The notes: generated by a model from the letters alone, not told the origin. 64,000 nucleotides of DNA from Candidatus Micrarchaeia archaeon (GCA_038874595.1 JAVZCB010000001.1:1-64000), one strand, 5' to 3'. Shown: positions 18,371 through 28,478, counted from the first letter of the stretch. Program-made: numbers and translations.

Positions 18371-18378
18371 TTTTTATA
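18371..18378 (+). promoter_or_regulatory. TATA box of the C/D sRNA (divergent promoter shared with the KaiC-like gene)
   Basis: TTTTTATA about 25-30 nt upstream of the predicted sRNA 5' end. Confidence 0.5.
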
Positions 18379-18400
18379 CTTAGATATTCCCTAAATAATA

Positions 18401-18474
18401 GGCAATGACGAGACCACCCCAGATGAGCACGGGCTTGCGCCCGTAGCAATGAATGCCGGAGTAACTTCTGAGCC
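18401..18474 (+). ncRNA. Box C/D methylation-guide sRNA with two guides against 23S rRNA
   Basis: GGC/GCC terminal stem, box C ATGACGA, D' ATGA, C' ATGAATG, D CTGA; guides complementary to CUGGGG(U)GGUC and AAGUUACUCCGG. Confidence 0.8.
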
Positions 18475-18663
18475 CATAAAATTCCAATTTTCTTGTTTTT
18501 TGGATGGTTGATTCAAGGTATATATCAGCAATTAAGACATTTTGCGCGAGTGGCCTGCGCTGGCGCTCTCAATATTATGGTTGCAGAGGGGTGCGAGGGG
18601 CCGGTGCTGGCGGCCCTTCGTAAGCGGAATCCTTTTTATAAATCTTAATACAAAATTACTTCC

Positions 18664-20349
18664 GTGGAAAGCTTATTTCTTGAAATCTCTGTTGTAATGG
18701 TGCTTGCGCTTGTACTATCCATCATTGCAAAAGCGCTTAGGCAGCCAATAATAATAGCCTATCTTTTAACCGGCATTCTTGTTCCTTTGCTTCTTGGCAG
18801 TGTGCAAATATCCTCCTCTTCTTTGGATGCATTTTCACAGATGGGGATAGCATTCCTTCTTTTCATAGTTGGTGTTAATCTTAATCTGGATGTAATAAAG
18901 CGATTAGGCATTGCATCAATTGCAGCAGGGATATTGCAGATGCTTGCAACGGCAGCAGTAATCTTTCTAGCTTTACAGCTAATATCCGTTCAGTTTATAC
19001 CTGCACTATTCCTGGCAGTTGCACTCTCATTCAGTAGCACTGCGGTTGTTGTAAAATTACTCTGGGACAAGGGGGATACATGGAAACTCTACGGCCAGCT
19101 TGCAACAGGTATACTTATTGTTCAAGATATAGTGGCAGTACTTGTTTTGCTTATAATTGCCTCTTTCTCACCATCAACGCCATTTAATGTTGGGCAGTCA
19201 ATAATACTCTGGATGGGAATTGTTGCTCTTCTGTTTGTTGCAACATCATATGTCTTGCCAGCAGTTACTAAGACAATTGCGCGCTCACAGGAATTGCTAT
19301 TTATATTTACAATATGCTGGTGCTTCTTTATTGCATCATTATTTTATATTGTGGGTATAGGGATTGAGATTGGTGCGCTTGTTGCTGGGTTAAGCCTTTC
19401 TACATCAGCATTTCATTATGAGATTGCGGCCCGTATCAAGCCGCTTCGTGATTTTTTCCTTATAATATACTTCTTTGCGCTTGGCGTACAGATGTCTTCA
19501 GGTGTGCTTACAGAGTTTGTATCCCTAATTGCAATTCTTATTATACTGACAATGCTTGCAAAAGTGTTATTTACATTCATTGGCCTCCGCTTGCTTGGGT
19601 ACAACAATAACATAAGCCTTCATGCATCACTTTGCTTATCGCAGGTTAGTGAATTCTCTTTTATACTTGCAGGTGTAGGTGTTGCAGTTGGCTATCTACA
19701 ACTTCCATATATGGCTGTTGCCACGGCGGTTGGCATAATTACAATTGCACTCTCATCATACTTAATACAGTATAGCGATGCAATTTCCCAGGTTATTTTT
19801 GGTGTTAGGCATCAAGCACGTAAGCAGGAAACCAAAGCTGCAGAGATGATTCTGTTGGGGTATAACCGTATAGGATACGATTTGCTTAATTCTCTACAGC
19901 ACATCTCTACAAACTATCTTGTTATTGATTACAACCCTGATATAGTTGCTGACCTGAGAAGGAAAAACGTGCCTGTGATATATGGTGATGCAAGCGATAC
20001 AGATTTTCTATCCAGTATTAATTTTTCAAAATCCAAGCTGGTCATTTCAACAATACCAGATTTATCAACAAACATATTGATTCTTGATCGTATTAAATCT
20101 ACCTCAAAGAAGAATCCCGTGTTTATAGCCATTGCGCACAAGATAGATGACGCCTTAGCACTTTACAATGAGGGTGCGGATTATGTTATTCTCCCGCATT
20201 TCTTGGGTGCGCATTATGTCTCATCACTAATAGAGAAATATGGGCCTAATAAAGACAAATTTAAGGCCGAAAGAGAGAAACACCTAACAGAACTCGAAGC
20301 GCGCCGTATTCTTGGCCACGAGCATCCAGTGCTCGACTTTAAAATATAG
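18664..20349 (+). CDS. CPA2 cation/H+ antiporter with C-terminal KTN/RCK domain (Kef-like)
   Basis: FSSTAVV, ILIVQD, SQVSEF TM motifs; GYNRIG and YGDA in the KTN domain. Confidence 0.9.
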   Translation: MESLFLEISVVMVLALVLSIIAKALRQPIIIAYLLTGILVPLLLGSVQISSSSLDAFSQMGIAFLLFIVGVNLNLDVIKRLGIASIAAGILQMLATAAVIFLALQLISVQFIPALFLAVALSFSSTAVVVKLLWDKGDTWKLYGQLATGILIVQDIVAVLVLLIIASFSPSTPFNVGQSIILWMGIVALLFVATSYVLPAVTKTIARSQELLFIFTICWCFFIASLFYIVGIGIEIGALVAGLSLSTSAFHYEIAARIKPLRDFFLIIYFFALGVQMSSGVLTEFVSLIAILIILTMLAKVLFTFIGLRLLGYNNNISLHASLCLSQVSEFSFILAGVGVAVGYLQLPYMAVATAVGIITIALSSYLIQYSDAISQVIFGVRHQARKQETKAAEMILLGYNRIGYDLLNSLQHISTNYLVIDYNPDIVADLRRKNVPVIYGDASDTDFLSSINFSKSKLVISTIPDLSTNILILDRIKSTSKKNPVFIAIAHKIDDALALYNEGADYVILPHFLGAHYVSSLIEKYGPNKDKFKAEREKHLTELEARRILGHEHPVLDFKI

Positions 20350-20352
20350 CAA

Positions 20353-21690
20353 TCACATAAACTTGAAACCGCTTTTCATCAGCTTTTCAAGTTTTCTGCG
20401 CATACCTCTATCTTTTTTGAAGCCGTACATCATTTTATTAATCATATCAAACTGCCGCAAGAGTTCACGCACATCCGCAACTGTGCATCCAGAGCCTTTG
20501 GCAATCCTGCTAATCCTGCTCGCACTCTTTTTGATTAATTCCGGGTCCTCTCTTTCAGCAGGAGTCATAGAATTTATCATTGCCTCAAATTTCTTCATTT
20601 TCCCTTCGCCCTGCTGAAGTATCTCTTCTGGCACATCCGGCGCGCCCATCATTGAGAATACATCTTTTAGCGGGCCCATCTTCTTGGCAGCTTTTATCTG
20701 CTCAAGAAACGTTTTCATTGTAAGCTTTTCTTCTTTGAGTACCTCTTTGCCGACACCACTCTCAGCTTCAATTGTTTTTACTTTTTCAAGGAGAGCTTCC
20801 AAGTCAGGAAATCCAAGAAGCCGCGCTACGTATTTTTTGCTGTCGTAAGGCCTAAGCTCATCTAAGTGTTCACCAGTCCCAATAAACATGACCTTGGCAT
20901 CTGCATGGTGCGCCGCACTGAGCGCGCCACCAGCCTTTGCACTACCATCGGCTTTTGTAACAATTATTCCATCTACACCGATACCTTCATTGAACGCCCG
21001 CGCCTGCTTGCCAGCTACCTGGCCGATATCCGCACTTACAACAAGTATTTTCTCATCAGGTTTTAGCACAGCAACAATACTTTTCAGCTCATCTATAAGG
21101 TCATTTTCAAGAGCATTCCTTCCAGATGAATCTACAATAATTACGTCACAATTATTCAATTTACGTAATCCATTCTCAACGATTTTTGCAGAATTCTTCT
21201 CATTTTTTTCACCATAAAACTCTAACCCAGCTTTTTCGCATAATTGCTGTAGCTGCTCATATGCAGCAGGCCTGTCAGTATCCGCGCAAATCACAGCAGT
21301 TCTCATACCTTTAGATTTATAGAATTTCCCAAGTTTTGCCGCTGTGGTAGTCTTTCCACTGCCGTACAGCCCCACAAGCAGGATTTTCTTTTTGTCAATC
21401 TTTGGTTCATAGGTTTCTCCAAGCAGCACTACCAGCTCATCATATACTATTTTTACAACCTGCTCTCTGATGGCTAAATCCTTCTTTTTTTCCAGGTCAA
21501 GTGCCTTTTTCTCTATCTCTTTTGTTATTTTTAGCACTAGATGCACATCAACATCAGCAGTGATAAGTGTCCTTTGCAATTCTCTGACAAGCTCTTTAAC
21601 TGCATTTTCATCAATGTATGCTTTTCCGCTGAAACCAGCAATTGCATTGCGTATTCTCCTACCAAGGTCAAGCTCTACGATATCTGTCAC
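20353..21690 (-). CDS. srp54: Signal recognition particle protein SRP54
   Basis: GLYGSGKTTT, DTDRPAA, DSSGR, TKADGSAKAGGALS, Met-rich M domain; GTG start inferred. Confidence 0.97.
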   Translation of the reverse strand: MTDIVELDLGRRIRNAIAGFSGKAYIDENAVKELVRELQRTLITADVDVHLVLKITKEIEKKALDLEKKKDLAIREQVVKIVYDELVVLLGETYEPKIDKKKILLVGLYGSGKTTTAAKLGKFYKSKGMRTAVICADTDRPAAYEQLQQLCEKAGLEFYGEKNEKNSAKIVENGLRKLNNCDVIIVDSSGRNALENDLIDELKSIVAVLKPDEKILVVSADIGQVAGKQARAFNEGIGVDGIIVTKADGSAKAGGALSAAHHADAKVMFIGTGEHLDELRPYDSKKYVARLLGFPDLEALLEKVKTIEAESGVGKEVLKEEKLTMKTFLEQIKAAKKMGPLKDVFSMMGAPDVPEEILQQGEGKMKKFEAMINSMTPAEREDPELIKKSASRISRIAKGSGCTVADVRELLRQFDMINKMMYGFKKDRGMRRKLEKLMKSGFKFM

Positions 21691-21695
21691 CTTCC

Positions 21696-22343
21696 TCAGC
21701 AACCTGAGACAGCAATAATCTCATTTGCACTAACAACGTTGTCAAATATAACATTATCCTTCTGAGTGTCTACGATTATTGCTGGCGCCTTGCTTATATC
21801 ATAGAATGCCATAAATGACTTTATAATAGGCATATCTACATCAATCGGGAAAGAGAAAACTCTAATCCTATCGCACCTTTGCCGTACCTCGTCAAGTATT
21901 CTTCCCTGCGCATAGCACTCAGGGCATTCTTTTTCACTGATATAGAAAAACAGTACGATCTTGTCATTTGTGCTGCATTTCTTTATATACTGTTTCGTTA
22001 GTGAGAGCAATCGTGCGTTTGCAATAAAGTATTCTCTTCTTACACTATCATAATTCTTTAGTATGCTTGTGCTTTTCTGCGCTTCCAGCTCATCCCTGAG
22101 CAGGTATATATCAGAATTGATTGTCTTAATCTGCTGTTCGAGCATCCTGCATGCACGGCTGTCATTCTCTTCAAGATATGTTTGCAGTATGAGAGTGGCT
22201 TCACTATTCTCATTCAGCCTTAGCAGTGCGTTATTCATCTTGGTGTATGTTATCCCCTCAACATAATTCCCTATTATCAGAGAAGTTACAAGTAGGACAA
22301 TCGTTATCAGGCCGGCTTTGATAAATATATCTAGTTTTACCAT
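21696..22343 (-). CDS. Membrane-anchored protein with C-terminal thioredoxin-like CxxC domain
   Basis: N-terminal TM, coiled coil, LFFY..ECPEC, KAPAIIVD. Confidence 0.65.
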   Translation of the reverse strand: MVKLDIFIKAGLITIVLLVTSLIIGNYVEGITYTKMNNALLRLNENSEATLILQTYLEENDSRACRMLEQQIKTINSDIYLLRDELEAQKSTSILKNYDSVRREYFIANARLLSLTKQYIKKCSTNDKIVLFFYISEKECPECYAQGRILDEVRQRCDRIRVFSFPIDVDMPIIKSFMAFYDISKAPAIIVDTQKDNVIFDNVVSANEIIAVSGC

Positions 22344-23659
22344 AAGTAATCACTTCCATATATCTCTTTCAGCAGGCTATATACGTATATCGCTGAGAGG
22401 AAAATGCTGTATACAAACAGGAAGAACAGCATCGCAGGAGCATCCGTAATTGCAAGCTTTTTGTTACCGAGCTTATGGCTGATGATGATTGCATAAATCC
22501 AAGGTATAACTACTATGAGAAACATTATTACGCCAGCTATAGACCCAAACATTCCTGTTATGATGTTTGCTAACGTTAGGCTGTTTGCATTAATATATGT
22601 CATAATGAGCTGGAAATTCCAGAAGCCCGTATAGAGTAGCATATACGCTAAGAAATATATCGTCCCTAGCGCAGCAATCTCACTTGCAAGCGAAAACGGC
22701 ATTATAAACATTCCAAAATAGCCATATTTAGGATTTAGAAACATATCATTATGTTTTGCAATGTTAAACAGCTTGCCCCTGTACCATCTTGTTCTCTGCC
22801 GCCAAAGACCCCCATATGTTTCAGGAACGATCGTATACACAACAGCTTCGTAGGCATAGCTTATCCGGTAACCGTGCTTTCTCAGCCGCCAGGCCATTTC
22901 TAGGTCTTCTGTGATGTTACCAGTATCAAACAGCCCTACCTCAATGAGTGCTTTCCTTCTGAACAGCGTCATTGGCCCTGGCGTCACAAATACAGCATCA
23001 AGTAGGTAGTTGGTAATTGCAGAAAACCCGAACCCTACAAAATACTCAATCTCCTGTACTTTCCCTAATAAAGACTTATTGTTGGAAACCTTAACAAAGC
23101 ATGTAACTGCACCTATTTTATCATCAGCAGCCATTTTACTGGCCATATCCTTTAGCGCGTTTGGAGAGACATACGAGTCTGAATCGATACAAAACACAAA
23201 CTCATTCTTAGCCATCTTTACTCCGTAGTTCAGCGCTTCGGCTTTTCCCTCATTTTTTTCTTTTAGGGCAAGCCTTATTCCTTTTATGTTTTTTAGATAA
23301 TCTCTGGTCCCATCAGTGCTACCATCATCAACAACAATTATCTCGATTTTGTTTGGATAATCAGATTTTTTTACAGATTCAATGGTTTTACCTATGTAAT
23401 CCTTGCAATTGTAAGATGGGATAATAACTGTAACCGGAGGCAAGTGCCCCACCAAAGGTGGCTTGTCATAACTGAATCCCTTTTCAAGATATACCACTAG
23501 TAAGACAGTTGTAATATATAACAGCAGCACATTTGGTATTAGCACTGTCCAATAGTAACCTATAGTATTGAACAGATAATATGCAACAGCCACTGTAACA
23601 AGCAGGAATGTAAAGAATAGGAGAGGTCTCCTGCCAGTTGTTTTTATATCCTTACCCAA
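22337..23659 (-). CDS. Processive GT2 membrane glycosyltransferase (PgaC/cellulose-synthase-like)
   Basis: DDGSTD, GKAEALN, DSD, TEDL, QRTRW motifs with TM helices. Confidence 0.9.
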   Translation of the reverse strand: MGKDIKTTGRRPLLFFTFLLVTVAVAYYLFNTIGYYWTVLIPNVLLLYITTVLLVVYLEKGFSYDKPPLVGHLPPVTVIIPSYNCKDYIGKTIESVKKSDYPNKIEIIVVDDGSTDGTRDYLKNIKGIRLALKEKNEGKAEALNYGVKMAKNEFVFCIDSDSYVSPNALKDMASKMAADDKIGAVTCFVKVSNNKSLLGKVQEIEYFVGFGFSAITNYLLDAVFVTPGPMTLFRRKALIEVGLFDTGNITEDLEMAWRLRKHGYRISYAYEAVVYTIVPETYGGLWRQRTRWYRGKLFNIAKHNDMFLNPKYGYFGMFIMPFSLASEIAALGTIYFLAYMLLYTGFWNFQLIMTYINANSLTLANIITGMFGSIAGVIMFLIVVIPWIYAIIISHKLGNKKLAITDAPAMLFFLFVYSIFLSAIYVYSLLKEIYGSDYLW

Positions 23660-23698
23660 AAGTTACACCTGATATGCTATAATTCAGAAAAAAGGATT

Positions 23699-24271
23699 TT
23701 AAATAACTTTCATTGTCTTATATTTAATGCCCGATATCTCTTTGAATTCTGCTTTTATATCACTGATTTCCTTTCGTATATTGTTGGCAATGCGCTTCAT
23801 CCTTTTTAAATCGTTTTCAGAAGTGTTTTTATCAAGTATCCTCTCACAAAGTGGGCAATGGTATAATAACTCAGATGCCCTATCAAAATCATATGTTTGT
23901 TCGCACCCGCTGCATAGGTATATGCTGTAAATGTCATTATTTTCAAGCCTTCTTTCGATCTCCTCAAGGTCGGTTTTTTTCTTATTTATATATATTTCAA
24001 GCAGCTTGTCTGCCCTGAGGAACCACGCATAGTAATACCACCCGCTATCCTTATCTTTTGACCTGTTGTAATCAATAACACCTGAATTGTGAAGCTTATT
24101 TAATATCATCCTGACGTCAGCAGCACGCATCCCGCATTTTTTGGCCAAGTCTTCATCACTGATTGGCTCAAGAAGCTTTTGCGCCATCATAGGTGCATTC
24201 TCACCTGCGATCTCTTTTAAAAAGAGCTTAATCCCTTCACGGTTGAGCAGCTTGCAGGTCTTACTTCTCAA
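23699..24271 (-). CDS. tfe: Transcription factor E alpha
   Basis: Winged helix DEDLA..VRMILNKL..KDKDSGWYYYAW; Zn ribbon CSGC/CPLC. Confidence 0.9.
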   Translation of the reverse strand: MRSKTCKLLNREGIKLFLKEIAGENAPMMAQKLLEPISDEDLAKKCGMRAADVRMILNKLHNSGVIDYNRSKDKDSGWYYYAWFLRADKLLEIYINKKKTDLEEIERRLENNDIYSIYLCSGCEQTYDFDRASELLYHCPLCERILDKNTSENDLKRMKRIANNIRKEISDIKAEFKEISGIKYKTMKVI

Positions 24272-24362
24272 CTAACTCCCTCCCAGTACGCATACATAAT
24301 TTAGGAGACAATAATATATAAAGATTATTGCAGTTTCAGAATGAATTTGCGTAGCAGTAAAA

Positions 24363-24516
24363 TGCAGGGAGCAGGAATTTCATACTCTTGATGTGATACG
24401 CATCAAAGGTTTTTGAACCTGCGAAGGCGCTAGGCCACCAGATCTCCCATCACGCGTTTGTGATGAAAGCATACGTGCCTTGAGTCTGGCGCGTTTGACC
24501 ACTCCGCCATCCCTGC
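24363..24516 (-). tRNA. tRNA-Leu(CAA) with two introns (37/38: 24444-24478; 59/60: 24377-24411)
   Basis: GCAGGGA/UCCCUGC acceptor, long variable arm; BHB central helices CUCA/UGGG and UUCA/UGAA. Confidence 0.9.
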
Positions 24517-24732
24517 TTGCTAGGGGCAGATTCCTCCCCTAGTACCCCTGATAGTTTTGTGTGCAAGCCACAAAACGACTATTTGCTTATGCGTGTTTGC
24601 TAGGGGCAGATTCCTCCCCTAGTACCCCTGATAGTTTTGTGTGCAAGCCACAAAACGACTATTTGCTTATGCGTGTTTGCTAGGGGCAGATTCCTCCCCT
24701 AGTACCCCTGATAGTTTTGTGTGCAAGCCACA
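24517..24732. repeat. Perfect 80-bp tandem repeat, about 2.7 copies, two hairpins per unit
   Basis: Identical units at 24521, 24601, 24681; CTAGGGG/CCCCTAG and GTTTTGTG/CACAAAAC inverted repeats. Confidence 0.95.
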
Positions 24733-24796
24733 TCCGGTTCTTTGTGTAAAGTTAAGAATCTCAAAACTATTTAAGTTTGCAAGATAGCAACAAATT

Positions 24797-25471
24797 ATGG
24801 TATGGCAAGGTAATGAGAAGTTTATGTCTCATTTAGGGTATTGCCTGCGTATTATGGAAAAGCAAGGGCGCGCACTAGGTGCCCCGGTGTATGCACTTGA
24901 GGATAACTCAAAAGAAAGCCCTTTTAAGATCTTGGTTTATACAATGCTCTCAGCTAGGACAAGGGATGATGCCACAACCACGGCAGCACGGAATCTTTTT
25001 GAATTTGCATCAACCCCTTCAGATATTGCCGCTATGCCGGTTGGCAGAATTGCATCCTTGATAAAACCGGTTGGCTTCTATAAAGTGAAAGCGCGAAATC
25101 TGAAAAATTTATGTACCAAGCTGCTTGAGAAGTTTAACGGTGGTGTGCCAGATACTTTCGAAGGGCTGGTCTCATTACCTGGTGTTGGGGTAAAAACTGC
25201 GAACGTTGTGCTGGCGCGCGCTTTCAACCATGATGTGATAGGTGTTGATACGCACGTACATAGGATATCCAACCGGCTTGGGCTTGTGAAGACGAAAACC
25301 CCTGAAGAGACCGGCAAGCTATTGAACACAGAAATACCAAAAAAATACAGGAACCGCTTTAACAAGGTGTTTGTAGGGTTTGGCCAAACTGTTTGCAAGC
25401 CAATAGCTCCCAAATGTGCGCAATGCAAAATATTAAAATTCTGCCGTCGCGTAGGAGTGTCTTCATTATAG
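24797..25471 (+). CDS. nth: Endonuclease III (HhH-GPD glycosylase, 4Fe-4S)
   Basis: LPGVGVKTA, VDTHVHR, C-x6-C-x2-C-x5-C. Confidence 0.95.
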   Translation: MVWQGNEKFMSHLGYCLRIMEKQGRALGAPVYALEDNSKESPFKILVYTMLSARTRDDATTTAARNLFEFASTPSDIAAMPVGRIASLIKPVGFYKVKARNLKNLCTKLLEKFNGGVPDTFEGLVSLPGVGVKTANVVLARAFNHDVIGVDTHVHRISNRLGLVKTKTPEETGKLLNTEIPKKYRNRFNKVFVGFGQTVCKPIAPKCAQCKILKFCRRVGVSSL

Positions 25472-25515
25472 AAACATTTATAATAATAAGATGAGAAGGA
25501 GTTTATTGGCAGAAG

Positions 25516-26421
25516 GTGAAGAAAATGGTCACGTTTAAGGATGATGATTTTTCAGGAATTAGTATGAGTTTGAGGAAGGCGATTAAGGATGATCTTAAGA
25601 GAGGCGCTACACACACGGAGATTGCATTGAAATTGTTGAATGATGAGGAGACAAAGATACGCATAAACCCAAAGATACTTACTCCCGATGCAGTAATCGC
25701 AAAGTTTGTTGCGGATAACCCAAAGCTTGCCCGTGAGAATAAGGAAGTTCTTATTGAAGCTTCAAAAATAAACTATAGCATTGACAATTCAAATCACAAA
25801 GCATTTGCGATATGGGCGCTTATTTCATCACATCTATTTTATCACGAGATTAGTGGCTCCGGGCTGAAGCATGCCCGTAGTGCTGAAGAGGCGGAATTGG
25901 CTATTAAAGAATTATATGAAGACCTGAGCAAGCTGCTAACTGGTGAAGATGGGAAATATATGAGTGTGATAGCCCAATTCACAGATATGATGGCACAGCA
26001 CACAGCAAATGTAAGAGAGCTGCTTAATCTAGAAGGCCAGAGGATTAAGGAGATATCTTCTTCTCCTGAAAAATCCTTGCGCTTGCTTCACGATGCAGGG
26101 TATAGGGTAATATTCCTTAAGAAGGGGGAGACAATAGATCCTTTCGTATTACACGTTGCGGCAAACCCGCAGAACGAAAAGGTATTTGTTATTGTTAAAG
26201 TTCATGACGGAAAAGTAAAGGTATCGTTGCGTGCAGTCAATGGCAAGATAGGTGCAAATCTTTACCGTTCCCTTAATGAGGAGGAGAAGTCAGCAAGAGG
26301 TGTTAAGGCACTTGAGCTTGATATGTGGAATGGCAGCGCGGTTGCTGGCGGCTCACCAATAGACGGCACGAAAATACCTTTTGATAGGCTCGCGGTTATC
26401 TTATCCAAGCACAGTTGCTGA
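25516..26421 (+). CDS. Hypothetical protein, weak DHHA1-like C-terminus
   Basis: Long ORF; KVSLR...WNGSAVAGGSP. Confidence 0.6.
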   Translation: MKKMVTFKDDDFSGISMSLRKAIKDDLKRGATHTEIALKLLNDEETKIRINPKILTPDAVIAKFVADNPKLARENKEVLIEASKINYSIDNSNHKAFAIWALISSHLFYHEISGSGLKHARSAEEAELAIKELYEDLSKLLTGEDGKYMSVIAQFTDMMAQHTANVRELLNLEGQRIKEISSSPEKSLRLLHDAGYRVIFLKKGETIDPFVLHVAANPQNEKVFVIVKVHDGKVKVSLRAVNGKIGANLYRSLNEEEKSARGVKALELDMWNGSAVAGGSPIDGTKIPFDRLAVILSKHSC

Positions 26422-26423
26422 TT

Positions 26424-27245
26424 TTAAGGATTTTTCTTATCAGTGTTCCAAGATATTTTTTTAAGCAGGTCGATGAGCTTGTTGCTCTCGTCCATGTTTG
26501 TTAGTGTAATCTTAAACTTAGAGTCATGGACAGCCCCTAGCAGCAGTGCTAGCTCATCCTGGTCTTTCAGGTCCTTTAAGAATTTGGAAAATATCTCCTC
26601 ATTAAGTTTGAATTTTTCCCCGCTGTAATTATGTACAAGTATAACACGCATATCTGTGATTTTATCTCCCTTTACAATCTCAAAGAAAGGAACTTTGTTC
26701 TTGTGTTGCTTTTCAACTGCAGCAAAGTTCTTCTCTGTTTTAGGCTCGAGCGCCATAAATTTCATCTTCAGCTCGCGCATGAGATTTAGCCCTTCAATCC
26801 CATCTTTTTTCAGGCTGGGTGAAACCAAGATGGCTTTTGGCCGCATTCCATATTCAATCATATGCTCACGTGCACCAACCGCGAGCAGCGCTAACACTTC
26901 ATTTTTATGGACATCTTTTTTTTCTGAAATTGCAAAATCCTGCAAGTACATTATGCCTGATGATTTTGAATATACAAAATGCGCCACACCTACTGGTTGG
27001 CCAATGTCATTTTTTGAAACTACCATGAAATTAATTGATTTGCTTATCCCGTAATCACGTGTATAGGTTAGCCTGTCAATTATTTCACGCTGCATAAACT
27101 CATTCATGCTTACAGCTTTCATGATATGTGACAGTGCTGCAGCTCTTAGCATCTTATCCGACTCGTTAGATAATGCGAATGGTGTTACAATGTAACCTTT
27201 GCTTAGAGCCTGCTTGGATTGCTGCTCAAGCTCATCATTGTGCAT
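26424..27245 (-). CDS. Hypothetical protein, possibly GNAT-like fold
   Basis: Start moved to MHNDE, downstream of tRNA-Gln; PVGVAHF..IMYLQDFAI pattern. Confidence 0.55.
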   Translation of the reverse strand: MHNDELEQQSKQALSKGYIVTPFALSNESDKMLRAAALSHIMKAVSMNEFMQREIIDRLTYTRDYGISKSINFMVVSKNDIGQPVGVAHFVYSKSSGIMYLQDFAISEKKDVHKNEVLALLAVGAREHMIEYGMRPKAILVSPSLKKDGIEGLNLMRELKMKFMALEPKTEKNFAAVEKQHKNKVPFFEIVKGDKITDMRVILVHNYSGEKFKLNEEIFSKFLKDLKDQDELALLLGAVHDSKFKITLTNMDESNKLIDLLKKISWNTDKKNP

Positions 27246-27276
27246 AACAATCCTACTCTGCAGAATAATAAAAATA

Positions 27277-27377
27277 TAGCCCCGCCAGGATTCGAACCTG
27301 GGTCTATGGGTTTCCTTTGTGGGGTAGCCCTCCCTCACTTCAAAGCCCACCATCCTTGGCCACTAGACGACGGGGCT
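27277..27377 (-). tRNA. tRNA-Gln(UUG) with 28-nt intron at 37/38 (27312-27339)
   Basis: AGCCCCG/CGGGGCU acceptor, GGUUCGAAUCC T-arm, BHB helix CUUU/AAGG. Confidence 0.92.
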
Positions 27378-27414
27378 ATGCAAGAAATACGTAATGAAAG
27401 CTTAATATCCTTCG

Positions 27415-28131
27415 CTAACGGACCTCTCCGTAATTCTCGTGTGCCTTCTTGAAAAGCATATATTTGAGCGTGTTTGTGGTATGGAATTTTATGAATTTCA
27501 AATACCCCCACTTTTTAAGGCGGCGGATGCTCGTGTAGACGCGGGCATTTTCATGGAACATGAACTCCCCTTTACCTGCAAGCCGCATGCTCAGGTCGCC
27601 ATCCTCAAACGTCTGTAAATCCTCACGGAACCCACCACACTTGAAAAAGGCATCCCTCCTAAAGGCGCTGTTTGAGCCGATAAATGCAGGCTTGTTTATC
27701 TTGATTAGGAATTTTATCCAGCTTTCCGTGTAGAGTTTGCTTCCTATGCGCACGAACATGTCCTCGTGCTCGCTAAGCTTTTCTAAAGGAAATATTGGGC
27801 CCGTTGCCGCGATTACACTCTTCTTACTGAAAGCATCCGCATATGCTGCGAGTAGTGTACGGGATGCAACGCTGTCCCCATCAAGAAAAACAAGATTTCT
27901 GCCTTTTGATGCCTTCGCACCCGTATTCCTTCCTAGCGAGATGCCTTTATCACATAGCACAACTTTATCGGCATATTTCTCGGCTATCCGTACCGTGCCA
28001 TCAGTGCTATGACTGTCTGCAACAATTACTTCATATGACTCATCGGTTTGCTGATTATGAAGCGAGAGCAGGCATCTTTCGATATGTTTTGCCTCATTTA
28101 ATGTAGGTATGATTACAGAGAAAGTTACCAT
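27415..28131 (-). CDS. GT2 glycosyltransferase
   Basis: SVIIPTLNE, DSHSTD, FLDGD, ED, TSIRR. Confidence 0.92.
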   Translation of the reverse strand: MVTFSVIIPTLNEAKHIERCLLSLHNQQTDESYEVIVADSHSTDGTVRIAEKYADKVVLCDKGISLGRNTGAKASKGRNLVFLDGDSVASRTLLAAYADAFSKKSVIAATGPIFPLEKLSEHEDMFVRIGSKLYTESWIKFLIKINKPAFIGSNSAFRRDAFFKCGGFREDLQTFEDGDLSMRLAGKGEFMFHENARVYTSIRRLKKWGYLKFIKFHTTNTLKYMLFKKAHENYGEVR

Positions 28132-28184
28132 TTAATCTAAATGGCCATTTAAAAAATAAAAGCATTGCTGTAAGGCTGTGATAA

Positions 28185-28478
28185 TTAGAATACGTTTTCA
28201 GTCTCTATGACTATCTCCCCATCCTTCTCTATTACCACCACACACGCGAGTCTCTTATCTTCGCTTGCACCACTTATCTCCAATGTTTTTTTCTCTACTT
28301 CGGTCTTTTGATTAAGGAATTCCATTCCTTTAACAATCTTTACAACACAGCTGCCGCACCTGCCAACACCACATGGGAAGTATACACCAATTCCATTATC
28401 TTCAATCACTTTCCTTAGATGCGTTCCGGCAGGAACATCAACTGTCTTATTATCATTTACGAATGTGATTTTTGCCAT
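28185..28478 (-). CDS. 2Fe-2S ferredoxin
   Basis: CGVGRCGSC...RLAC. Confidence 0.92.
   Translation of the reverse strand: MAKITFVNDNKTVDVPAGTHLRKVIEDNGIGVYFPCGVGRCGSCVVKIVKGMEFLNQKTEVEKKTLEISGASEDKRLACVVVIEKDGEIVIETENVF

Noticed and set aside
24517-24732. CRISPR array or split-tRNA leader
   Set aside because: Units are identical with no unique spacers, and the adjacent tRNA-Leu is complete on its own.
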